NCBI RefSeq assembly: GCF_021869535.1
Contig: NW_026262615.1
Location: forward strand, 35,216,001-35,280,000
Direction: 5' to 3'
DNA length: 64,000 nt
DNA from: Mytilus californianus
Taxonomy: Eukaryota
In this document: piece by piece, positions 50,085-62,539 of the stretch
How positions within the stretch are numbered: the stretch's first letter is position 1
How the letters are laid out: each line of letters begins with the position of its first letter
Notes under the pieces: generated by a model
Databases searched by the model: none
What the model was told of the DNA's origin: nothing
Seen by the model: only the letters and a program-made list of their open reading frames with translations
Made by a program: the position numbers and the translations under genes

Positions 50085-50931
50085 ACAAACATCTTTTAGG
50101 TATTTCACAAACAATCTTTTATGGTTATATCCTTTCCAAAGCAATTGAATGTAGGCATTCTCCTCAAAAGCTAACCAAACCTAAACAGACATATTCAGAA
50201 AGGGATATAGTTACAATACTGTTGTCACGTTATTAAATATGGCATATTTTGGTATTAATATTGATCCACTCATAAGGTCTTTGCATCGGAAGTAAACAAA
50301 TTTATTCTAAAACCAGTTGTTGGCAGGATACGGGTTATGTTCTTCTCATATATTTTTATGATGGTATGATTCTAAACCACTAACGGGAGGGATTGTGCTT
50401 GATTTTCATATGATGAAGACATAATCGTTCAATCAATTTAATTGAGGTCTGGAGCTTTCATGTCAGTAACTGCTAGTAGTATTTTGTTAATTTATATATC
50501 ATTGTAATTTTGAATATTTGTTTTTGTCACCTATTTTGACATTGAACTCGGACTTTTTTTATACTGAGGTTTACTGTACGTATTGATGTGTGTTTGTTTT
50601 TATCTACATTGGCTAGAGGTATAAAGGGAGTGTTGAGATTTCACTAAACGTGTTTAACCTCTCCGCATTTTTTGCGCCTGCTCTAAGTCCGGAACCTCTG
50701 GCTTTTGTTAGTCTTTTATGATTTTAATCTTAGTTAATTTATATGTTTTGGAGATTAGTATGACGTCCACTTTCACTGAACTAGTAGACACTTTTGTTTA
50801 GGGGCCAGCTGAAGCCCGTCGCCGGGTGCGGGATTTTCTCGCAGCGTTGAAAACCCGTTGATGGCCTTCTGCTGTTTTCTGCTCTTTAGTCGTGTTATTG
50901 TCTCTTTGACACATTCACAATTTCAATTTTA
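50085..50931 (+). mobile_element. 5'-truncated Penelope-like family A copy (duplicated at ~53935-54783)
   Basis: Reverse complement of 7715-8570, more diverged. Confidence 0.8.
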
Positions 50932-52756
50932 TTGAGAATGATACAGACTGTGCAAGACCCTTATCGTCAAATGATAAAATGACTGAAATATAAGACGATG
51001 CTAAAATGATAATAAAAGATCCGGAGTATAAGACTGACAACGTTGTAGCAAAGAGAAAAATTTCGAAATTACGAAATTAATGTCCTTAAAACGGAATGAG
51101 TTTTTTTCCTGTTCAATCGGGGTCATTCTATGTTTTTGTTAGATTATTTGTAGACTGTTAATTTTTTTTCTTTTGTGTGACCGTGTTTCGTCTGTATATA
51201 TAAGTCTAATGATTTATTTCGTATTTTTCTTTTGTCTTGATAAATACTCAATATGCTTCTTTATTTTAAAATCAGAAATTAAGGACAGTATTGTAGAAAA
51301 TAAAGTTCAGTTCGTTTAACTTATCTTATTACTGTCGTCACGATCGCTCGCTGATCTAGAAAACAGATTATGTCTTACGTTGAATTTAATTAAATATACA
51401 AATAATGAGATGTGGTATGATTGCAAATTAGACAATTATCAAACAACGATAAAAACATAGTGGATGTATATGACAAACTTAATTTTAATTTAAAGAAATA
51501 CAAATAATGTTATAATTGAAAGATATTTAATCTTTTTATATCTTATTGCAGACGATATAAAAACATCTAGTTATAGTTGCATGCTCTTTTATAATTTTAA
51601 CGTGTTATAGAGGTGAAATATGAAAAAAATGGGGATGCGTTTTGTTAATGCGGGTACGATCTTAGTGTAAACAGTTCAAAAGGATTATAATAATTCAATT
51701 GCCTCAATACTTATTACTTTATTTTTATAGACGTCAAATGAGACTAAATTTTATTTTAATGTGATTAAAACCAACATTCATATCTGTTTAGCTATGTGTG
51801 GTTGAACATGCGTCGTAGCAACCACTTTTGTTTTTGTTTTTGTTTTTGTTTTTGTTTTTGTTTTTGTTTTTTTTTTTTTTGGTGCTTGTTCATTTTTAGT
51901 GTTACTATTACTGTTAAATTAAAGAGTATAAATATAGAACAAAACTACTTGGAATATTTATTAGGGAAGTGGAAAACAGTGGCCAGAAAAAGAAAACACA
52001 ACAGCCGCTTACAGAAAATAGACAACAATAAAAGACGCATCTATATATGTGGCAATCAGGACAATCCTCTTGTATTACTGCATAGACATCTCTCAATACA
52101 ATGTTGACTATATAACAACATACTCGATAACCAAAATAAGACACCATTTATTTTACTCTTGTTGGTACCTGTAAAACAGAAAGAGCAGCATAAAGCCTCA
52201 TACATGTATTATTTTCTTATCAATATCATTGCCTTTTATAGCGGACTATAGGAATCCCGCCTCACTCTTTATGTTCATGTCCAAAGTCAACATATTGTAG
52301 TTCAGTGGTTGTTGTTGGTTCATGTCTGTCATATGTGTTTTTCATAAATTGTATTGTTAGAAGTTATGCCGTTATTTCACATTATTCTTAGCTTCTTGAC
52401 TATACTGTACGGGTTTTTTTCTTATTGTTGAAGGCCGTATGGTGACCTATGTTTACTTACATCCACGTCTTTCGAACTCCTGTGGAGAGCTGTCGCATTG
52501 GCAATCATACATGTGCCACAGCTCCTTCTTATGGATAATTATTCATTGAGTAAAGGGCACTGCAAAGAAGATACTGATAAAGATATGTAATAAAAATTTA
52601 CGTATAGCTTAAACAACTAACCAGAAGATGACTGAGTCGTTGTCACATGCTCCTCGGTCAATTACTGTTGTTGTAAGCCATTTACAACCAAAATAATATA
52701 TGTTCAATAATTCAGTTAGATAAGACTTCATCAAAAGTGCACACGTAAAGCTGGTT

Positions 52757-53125
52757 TAACGTTTGGTCTTTAAATCTCTTCATCATAACTTCGTTATCGA
52801 ATATGCCTTTCAATTGGCTAATTCAAGCGCAACTGGTAAGTCTTGTGTAGATGAAAAGCGCATATTTTGCGTACTGAACTATCAGCCTTGTATCTTTGAA
52901 AAGAATTCAAAACAACTGGGTCATGCAATTGCTGGTGAACGTTTCGTTCCGATGGTAATCAGCGAAGTAGTTAGCACTCGAGTGCTGATATGAAAAATCA
53001 TTGGCTCGACCATTTTCCATAAATTTGTCGTTTATACAATTCAAAATCATTTGAAACACTCAGGATTTTTCCGAAGCATAAATGGCAAGATTTGGAACAA
53101 CATTTTGGAATTAGTGGTTATCTTA
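52757..53125 (+). mobile_element. Decayed retrozyme-like unit with eroded hammerhead (duplicated at ~56598-56965)
   Basis: CTGGTAA-GTC-TTGTGTA-GAT-GAAA-AGCGC at 52833; flanks resemble 15855-16225. Confidence 0.5.
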
Positions 53126-53620
53126 CTTCGTAAAATGAATTTACCTTTAAAAAAGTTTATTCAAGCACCATGTTTGATCCATGTGTACAACAAATGCAAG
53201 CCTGTCGTGCTTAATAACAAACCTCGTGGAACCCCACCACGTGCACATTGTGTGCCTGTACCAAGTCATGCTTTCTGTGCCGCGTGTTGTTCGTTGTTAT
53301 TTCCCTCTATTTGTCATTTCATCATTTTCATCTGCTGGAATTTAAAGAAAATGTTCAACCACGGAGTTGTTTCATTTAACTCCGTCAAGATTACAAAAAA
53401 TTATTATTATGCTTTATTATTACTGTACGATGACTCAAGTTCGTATATCTGGTAATCTTCAAAACGTCTTAGGTTTCAATGTTTTACCCTTGAAACTCGA
53501 CTGCCTTGAAGCAAATGTAATTTATTCGTTATAAATAGGTCTTGTCGAAAACATGTACATAAAAAAAAATCCATAATGAAACTTCATTATATTGAAAACG
53601 CTTTGAATTTTAAGGTAGAT

Positions 53621-53745
53621 ATGTCTAAATTTTTGCAGTTTTTTATATATCCGTTGAAATCAAAAATGAAAACGGGATTGATGTTGAATCACTCATTAAC
53701 TGTGCAAGCGGAGTCATTGCAAACAAAGCAAAATATAAGTTTAGG
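53621..53745 (+). pseudogene. MIase-like gene copy 4b, coding exon 1 (+2 frameshift)
   Basis: Duplicate of 49769-49893 with the same lesion. Confidence 0.8.
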
Positions 53746-56700
53746 GTAAGATATGATGTAATGACACTTTAATTGTACAATTCGAAATATCAACAATTGA
53801 ATATTAAATGTTCGCTTATTAAATAATAAAAGGTAGTGGAGCTTAAAACACACGTAGTCAAAGAACAGTGTCGTTGTAAAAATTAAAGCAAGAAGAGTAA
53901 AGAACAAATTTAGTATTCAGATACTTATTATTACATACAAATATCTTTTAGGTATTTCACAAACAATCTTTTATGGTTATATCCTTTCCAAAGCAATTGA
54001 ATGTAGGCATTCACCTCAAAAGCTAACCAAACCTAAACAGACTTATTCAGAAAGGGATATAGTTACAATACTGTTGTCACGTTATTAAATATGGCATATT
54101 TTGGTATTTATATTGATCCACTCATAAGGTCTTTGCATCGGAAATAAACAAATTTATTCTAAAACCAGTTGTTGACAGGATACGGGTTATGTTCTTCTCA
54201 TATATTTTTATGATGGTATGATTCTAAACCGCTAACGGGAGGGATTGTGCTTGATTTTCATATGATGAAGACATAATCGTTCAATCAGTTTAATTGAGGT
54301 CTGGAGCTTTCATGTCAGTAACTGCTAGTAGTATTTTGTTAATTTATATATCATTGTAATTTTGAATATTTGTTTTTGTCACCTATTTTGACATTGAACT
54401 CGGACTTTTTTTATACTGAGGTTTACTGTACGTATTGATGTGTGTTTGTTTTTATCTACATTGGCTAGAGGTATAAAGGGAGTGTTGAGATTTCATTAAA
54501 CGTGTTTAACCCCTCCGCATTTTTTGCGCCTGCTCTAAGTCCGGAACCTCTGGCTTTTGTTAGTCTTGTATGATTTTAATCTTAGTTAATTTATATGTTT
54601 TGGAGATTAGTATGACGTCCATTTTCACTGAACTAGTAGACACTTTTGTTTAGGGGCCAGCTGAAGCCCGTCGCCGGGTGCGGGATTTTCTCGCAGCGTT
54701 GAAAACCCGTTGATGGCCTTCTGCTGTTTTCTGCTCTTTAGTCGTGTTATTGTCTCTTTGACACATTCACAATTTCAATTTTATTGAGAATGATACAGAC
54801 TGTGCAAGACCCTTATCGTCAAATGATAAAATGACTGAAATATAAGACGATGCTAAAATGATAATAAAAGATGCGGAGTATAAGACTGACAACGTTGTAG
54901 CAAAGAGAAAAATTTCGAAATTACGAAATTAATGTCCTTAAAACGGAATGAGTTTTTTTCCTGTTCAATCGGGGTCATTCTATGTTTTTGTTAGATTATT
55001 TGTAGACTGTTAATTTTTTTTCTTTTGTGTGACCGTGTTTCGTCTGTATATATAAGTCTAATGATTTATTTCGTATTTTTCTTTTGTCTTGATAAATACT
55101 CAATATGCTTCTTTATTTTAAAATCAGAAATTAAGGACAGTATTGTAGAAAATAAAGTTCAGTTCGTTTAACTTATCTTATTACTGTCGTCACGATCGCT
55201 CGCTGATCTAGAAAACAGATTATGTCTTACGTTGAATTTAATTAAATATACAAATAATGAGATGTGGTATGATTGCAAATTAGACAATTATCAAACAACG
55301 ATAAAAACATAGTGAATGTATATGACAAACTTAATTTTAATTTAAAGAAATACAAATAATGTTATAATTGAAAGATATTTAATCTTTTTATATCTTATTG
55401 CAGACGATATAAAAACATCTAGTTATAATTTGATGCTCTTTTATAATTTTAACGTGTTATAGAGGTGAAATATGAAAAAAATGGGGATGCGTTTTGTTAA
55501 TGCGGGTACGATCTTAGTGTAAACAGTTCAAAAGGATTATAATAATTCAATTGCCTCAATACTTATTACTTTATTTTTATAGACGTCAAATGAGGCTAAA
55601 TTTTATTTTGATGTGATTAAAACCAACATTCATATCTTTTTAGCTATGTGTGGGTGACCATGCGTTGTAGCAACCACTTCTGTTTTTGTTTTTGTTTTTG
55701 TTTTTGTTTGTTTTTGTTTTTTGGTGCTTGTTCATTTTTAGTGTTACTATTACTGTTAAATTAAAGAGTATAAATATAGAACAAAACTACTTGGAATATT
55801 TATTAGGGAAGTGGAAAACAGTGGCCAGAAAAAGAAAACACAACAGCCGCTTACAGAAAATAGACAACAATAAAAGACGCATCTATATATGTGGCAATCG
55901 GGACGATCCTCTTGTATTACTGCATAGACATCTCTCAATACAATGTTGACTATATAACAACATACTCGATAACCAAAATAAGACACCATTTATTTTACTC
56001 TTGTTGGTACCTGTAAAACAGGAAGAGCAGCATAAAGCCTCATACATGTATTATTTTCTTATCAATATCATGGTCTTTTATAGCGGACTATAGGAATCCC
56101 GCCTCACTCTTTATGTTCATGTCCAAAGTCAACATATTGTAGTTCAGTGGTTGTTGTTGGTTCATGTCTGTCATATGTGTTTTTCATAAATTGTATTGTT
56201 AGAAGTTATGCCGTTATTTCACATTATTCTTAGCTTCTTGACTATACTGTACGGGTTTTTTTCTTATTGTTGAAGGCCGTATGGTGACCTATGTTTACTT
56301 ACATCCACGTCTTTCGAACTCCTGTGGAGAGCTGTCTCATTGGCAATCATACATGTGCCACAGCTCCTTCTTATGGATAATTATTCATTGAGTAAAGGGC
56401 ACTGCAAAGAAGATACTGATAAAGATATGTAATAAAAATTTACGCATAGCTTAAACAACTAACCAGAAGATGACTGAGTCGTTGTCACATGCTCCTCGGT
56501 CAATTACTGTTGTTGTAAGCCATTTACAACCAAAATAATATATGTTCAATAATTCAGTTAGATAAGACTTCATCAAAAGTGCACACGTAAAGCTAGTTTA
56601 ACGTTTGGTCTTTAAATCTCTTCATCATAACTTCGTTATCGAATATGCCTTTCAATTGGCTAATTCAAGCGCAACTGGTAAGTCTTGTGTAGATGAAAAG

Positions 56701-57279
56701 CGCATATTTTGCGTACTGAACTATCAGCCTTGTATCTTTGAAAAGAATTCAAAACAACTGGGTCATGCAATTGCTGGTGAACGTTTCGTTCCGATGGTAA
56801 TCAGCGAAGTAGTAAGCACTCGAGTGCTGAAATGAGAAATCATTGGCTCGACCATTTTCCATAAATTTGTCGTTTATACAATTCAAAATCATTTGAACCA
56901 CTCTGGATTTTTCCGAAGCATAAATGGCAAGATTTGGAACAACATTTTCGAATTAGTGGTTATCTTACTTCGTAAAATGAATTTACCTTTAAAAAAGTTT
57001 ATTCAAGCACCATGTTTGATCCGTGTGTACAACAAATGCAAGCCTGTCGTGCTTAATAACAAACCTCGTGGAACCCCACCACGTGCACATTGTGTGCCTG
57101 TACCAAGTCATGCTTTCTGTGCCGTGTGTTGTTCGTTGTTATTTCCCTCTATTTGTTGGTGGTTGGCGGCCGTCTGTTGTACTGGCCAATACTTCTGTAA
57201 GCTTTTTATGTGTTAGCTAAAGATTTAATCTTGATTCAGATGGAGACCTTTGTAATTAATAAAAACATCACTGAAACGA

Positions 57280-57500
57280 CGGGTGCCACATGTGAAGCAG
57301 GATCTGCTTCCCTTCCAGAGTATATGAGATCACTCACGGTTTTTGGATAGGATCGTGCTGCTCAGTCATTAGTTTTCTATATTGTGTTTTGCAAACTGTT
57401 GTTTGTCTTTTTGGTTCTTTCTTTCTTTTCCTTGGCATTGTCAGTTTATTCTCGACTTATGAGTTTTAATGTTCCTTTAATATCCTTCGCCTCTCTTTTC
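57280..57500 (+). mobile_element. Penelope-like family B 3'-end fragment
   Basis: Reverse complement of 3899-4120. Confidence 0.65.
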
Positions 57501-60500
57501 CTCTCTATGTTGAACGAGCGTTTGAAAAAAATATGATGATATTTAGCTCGAAATATTCGGCAAATTAAATTCTTATAATTATATTTTAACTTTAAATGAA
57601 ATCAGAAATCGTCCGAGTTCTCCATAAATAATGCCATTTGGTGTTGTCTGCTTTAGATTAAATATGATCAAAATCGCAAATGTAATTTTACTAAAATATC
57701 CAGATTTTCAAAACCCAGGACCTCTGAACTGTAAGGTAATACTGGCTAAATGGCTTTATCAAACATATCTAATTACAATTCAAAAGATAAATTATGTCTT
57801 CGACATTCCTTAAATAAACTATGCATAGCTTTTGTTCCCCGATCTCTTAAATCTTTTCTAGTTGTTAAAAAAATCCACTTCTAGTAAAAAATACACCAAG
57901 ATACTGGTAGTCTTCAACTATTCAATTTCTATATTACAAATATAAAACCTTTTCTTTTTCTGAAATTCTACTTCTAGAAAATATAAGAATTTTTGTGTTT
58001 TTAATTTCAAATTTTAATTCAGTTTCCAATTTTCACAATTAATTGCAAACGTATCTAACATAAACTGTAAATCATTTCTTGATTGTGATAACACAATTGT
58101 ATCGTCAGCAGACACAAACAAAATAATTTTAAGATAAACCATTAACTCATTTTCTATATCGCAACTGATAGATTCAACCCCTGTAATTACTTTTTTTTTT
58201 AATTTAATTTTTATTTTTTTTTTTTATTATTAATTTAGTCAGAGTACTTTTTGTTAATTCTTATGTTTTCATTAATTTAGTCAAAGTACTTTTTGTTAAG
58301 TAAAATTCCCTTTCAAAACAAATTTCTATCAAACCAATTAATGCATAAGAACAATATGAAAATGTATGACCGAGTCGACTGTGGCTGACACGACTGTGAC
58401 CGAACTAGTAGTGATGCCGAAACGTCCCAAAAGCAAAAACATGAACATAGTACAATAACACCATCTGTGGGATGTATCAATACCGAGCCACGCCAACAGG
58501 ATATTACAAAAAAATGGACTAGACAGTAAAGGTTAAAAATATACAAAGATAAATAAAAAAGAAAACGTTTAATTTAGGAACCCAACTCGTACATGGAAGA
58601 GGAAGAAGAAGAATACTACCACGTAATTAAGATGATAAACAACGTAATTACAACCGATATTACAAAAGACCTGGATTCACATACGTTTCCCTTAGTCAGC
58701 AAACTTCGATGCGATAAAATGTAAATTTCCTAAGTATTGAGATGACTGTCAATGAGTTCCCGACATGCATATTGATTTGTTGCGGAGTGTGAGTAAGCAT
58801 CTTTACCCTTTGGCGTATTCATATAAAGTGATGTGATAGGATCTTTATTACGAAACAACTATCCACCAATTACTAAAGAACGAAAATAAAAACTGCAGGT
58901 CATCGTACGGCCTTCAACTATGAGGAAACCCACACCGCTATGCATAGATAGTATACTATAAAAGTGCCCATGATGACAAGATGTGAAATTATGTGTACCT
59001 TGATAAAAAAAAATGAATGCAAAATAAAAGTCAACCAAGAAAAAAAACTTTCTAACTAATACATGATATAAAGATAGAAGATACCGAACACTTTATGTTA
59101 AAACCAAAATATTCCTATCCGCGCACATAAAGTGTCCGTAGAAGGCATATGTCGCAATGTCCACCACTATCCAAAACGTATCATATTTTCTCCTATGGCA
59201 ATGCCAATTTCCCGCCCTTCAATCAATCAATCATATCACCAAGTCACCAAGTTGATTACGTAAAACCTGTTTTCAGTAACAAGGAGCCGTCTTAAATACG
59301 GTATAATTTATGATTTTTTTTTTTTTTTTTTTCTATTTAGTACTTAATTTAGTAGCATTGTACAAATGTTGACAATAATCTATAAAATCATTGAAAAAGC
59401 ATATTGATTATACATACAAGCTGTTGCCATCAAATAAAATGCGTGTAATGTAAACATTCATATACGTTCTTATTTATTTCCGATACTATTAGTTGTGTAA
59501 GTATTATATCCTTTTAAATGTTTGAATTATATATTTTCTGTGCAGTATTTTTTTTTTTTTTTACTTATTCTAATCGCCATTTTTAGTCGTACTTACTGTA
59601 TTCTTGCCTATACAAAGAAAGTCAAACGAGCATGATGTTTTGAATTGGGTCTGGCAAAATCTTATACTTCATGCATGAGTACATTCAAATTGCTGTGTAT
59701 GGTAGAAACAGGAATGCAACATAGGTGATGACACTTTGAAAATTAATAACAACTTACTTTTTAAATTCATCAAGACATTATGTTCATTGAGGATTCAAAA
59801 GGTGTGTGTGTGTGGAGGGGGGGGGGGGGGGGGGGAGGGTCCTGGTGTTGGACCCCCTTTTCCGATTTTTAGTTTTTAATTATGATAACGTTTTATGGTG
59901 TTGCGGGAGTTGGAAAACCCAATTTTCAAAATGGCTGGATCTGCGCCCGCTCTTTAAATTCATTTTGAATAGCAGGGATACAAAAGTGATTACCTTGGTG
60001 TTGTTTCCACAATAAAGCGTCAACATATTACCGTATTAAGATTTATACAATCCCCGTTAAAATTTCTTAGCTTAAAAAGTACGTGTACTTTACTTGGTAT
60101 TAATATAGTTCCACAAAGGGTTTATTTGTCCCATTATTATGTCTTAAAACACAAAATTGTGGAAGGTATAATATTTTTACCTTTCCGGCAGTTCGTTTGT
60201 CCGTCTGTCAGTCTTTTTTATACGTCCATTATCCCTCAAATATTAGGGATATGAAGAATGAATAAATGGAGATAATGGTCAACCTCGATGTGACAGCAAC
60301 CAAACAATATTACCAAAATGCATCTAGACTGAACATGCAGTATTCAACGTCTATAACATGTAAAAATGACGTCTGAAAAATATAGTTCAGCTGTTTAAAA
60401 AATGGCAATGATTGCGATCAATACTACACCTTCACACTGACAGCAGCAATCGCAGGCGAGACCCGGGGTTCAGCAGAACCCTTCATGGTTTCTAAAAAGT

Positions 60501-60610
60501 TATACCCCTTAATATATGTCTTCCCCATTAAAACTTTGAATTAATATTGTTACAAATTACCAATAACCAGTATTATAATTCGTTAAAGATTTTACTTTTA
60601 TCAATTTCAG

Positions 60611-61228
60611 GTAGAAAATGTAAAACAACTAATAGATTACAGTACAGTTTTCTTTAAACAAATTTTACAACGAATTGTTTTATAGTTTTGTTTATACTGT
60701 TCAAATGTTTTAATCATCTTTGACTTCAGGGGCGATGGATCATAACACGAGAATGAAGACAGAACTCCAAGCAATAACTCCGAGGACGTTAAGAAGTCAG
60801 AACTTACATGATATTTGTTTGTTCTCTCGTTGTATGCTGCTTGTATCCGTATCATTGAGCGTTTGGCAAGTTCTAGTAGATTTGATAAACTTACAACTTT
60901 TGGCACTGGTACAGGTGCGGTTTTTATAAGCATGCATTGTTCACTGTCTAACATCATTTTGCCTGTATGTTTTTTTATAATTTTGAATACTATTTCAACG
61001 TCATGTTTAGATAGCCTGTCCATTTTGGGACTTAAATTTGTTTAAAGAAAACTGTACTGTAATCTATAATGAGTTTCCCGGCATGCCAGGAGAAAAGTTC
61101 AAATCTGTGAATATATTGTTGTCATATTTAGTCCACACGTCAGAAGATGACCGTGAATTGTGTTACAACATAACACAGCCGACAGAGATCTTAAAAGGAG
61201 CAACGCAACTACAATACTTGAGCAGTGG
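60611..61228 (+). pseudogene. Large coding exon broken by an internal inversion (helical/ARM-like protein)
   Basis: TTTCAG| at 60610 and |GTAGAT at 61229. 60611-60666 + revcomp(60667-61033) + 61068-61228 gives 584 nt with no stop in 194 codons. Confidence 0.8.
60632..61067. repeat. Perfect 34-bp inverted repeat (60632-60665 / 61034-61067)
   Basis: ATAGATTACAGTACAGTTTTCTTTAAACAAATTT and its exact reverse complement. Confidence 0.97.
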
Positions 61229-62539
61229 GTAGATCCTTACTTTAGTGAATGAAACGAGCAGGTAATGCAGAACAAATCACAATGTATGAAGAACAAATAA
61301 AGTTAAATTGATTTTTTTCTTTTTAATTTTCAACCCTCCCTAAATTCGTACTATGGAATATTGTAACCTTCACTCTAGACGCATACTGTGTTTGGGATTT
61401 CAAATTCAAAACCATAATTGCTGTTTTCAGAACAGACTACACTAACAAGGTCAATTGTGCATGCTGACAGTCCCACAAGTAATGCCGACCTAAGATGATA
61501 TTTCTACCTCGCTTGTTTAAGAGGGTTCCCCGGAAATTTACACCACTTTATTTGTTCTTTACTCAACGTCGTTAGGTGTCTGTCAATAAGACAATTCTAA
61601 ATCGAGAATGTTTGAAATTATTGATAAGTGTACATTTCCGTATACCAGGTTCACGTGACCTTGTCTATATTTGTATATATGCGGTATTGGTTTTCCCCAT
61701 TATTAAAGGTCGTGCGGTGCCCACTAGTTATTAACTTCTCTGCATTTTTGTCTTTGTTAGAGAGTTCCCTCATTTGCAATCATACCTCATCTTCTTATTT
61801 TTATATATAAATTATTGATTTGATGTATCGCTAAAAGTAACTAAGCATTGCTTTATTTATAAATCCTAATATACATAGTGATATATACATGATTGGCCGC
61901 AAAAATACATTTTTTTGTTTGGTATCATACACTTAAGCATATTTATCGGTCATTTCTAATTGTTTAGGCGAAACTTCATTGCTTGTTCAAGGTTTTCTTT
62001 AATTTCTATTTCGTATTTCTCGTCACTAGAGAGTCCATTCACAGATTGGTGTTAACATTTTGGTAACGACTAATATTTTGTTTCAAATATAGATTTATAT
62101 TTTTAAACGTTGATATTATAAATTTATTTTCAAAGATGATGGAAGGTGCAGATATTCTTGAACTACTTTGCCGTTTGCTATACTAGAAGATGCCCGCGAA
62201 GTCACGGTACAATTGGGCAAATATTGAAACAAAGAGCACCCGACATAAAATTTTAAAGTACATTTTGTATATTACATACAGTAACTAATTATTATTACAG
62301 TGATACCAGTCTAAACTGAATAAAATCTTCAGTCCTAGACGTTTTCGGTTCAGGCAAGTTTCACTGTATATAATATTTATTATACTGAAGTAAGCTTGTA
62401 TGCTTGAGCATCCACATGTTTCTAGTAGAAAGTAACCAAAATTTACCACCCCACTTTTTTCTTGTAATGGAAAGTATACACATTATTTTACCCCTAGCTA
62501 CGCCACTGATACTCCAAACTGTCGGCTCAGGTGTAAAAT

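Larger units (their letters stand above)
49455..57156 (+). repeat. Head-to-tail tandem duplication, 3860 bp + 3841 bp
   Basis: 49455-53314 and 53316-57156 align throughout with scattered SNPs and small indels. Confidence 0.97.

Noticed and set aside
51796-53455. ORFs of 76-134 aa present twice (also 55686-57220)
   Set aside because: Their recurrence is explained by the tandem duplication; they cross microsatellite and retrozyme-like sequence and lack recognisable motifs.
33910-58300. Short two-unit tandem duplications near 33915-33985, 34535-34585 and 58228-58300
   Set aside because: Ordinary slippage duplications in non-coding DNA.
59817-59835. Long G-run as a functional G-quadruplex
   Set aside because: Part of a short GC-rich interspersed repeat; homopolymer length is unreliable and there is no supporting context.
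60632-61067. MITE or transposon TIR interpretation of the 34-bp inverted repeat
   Set aside because: No TSD, and the repeat is itself in-frame coding sequence of the surrounding exon; an inversion by-product explains it better.
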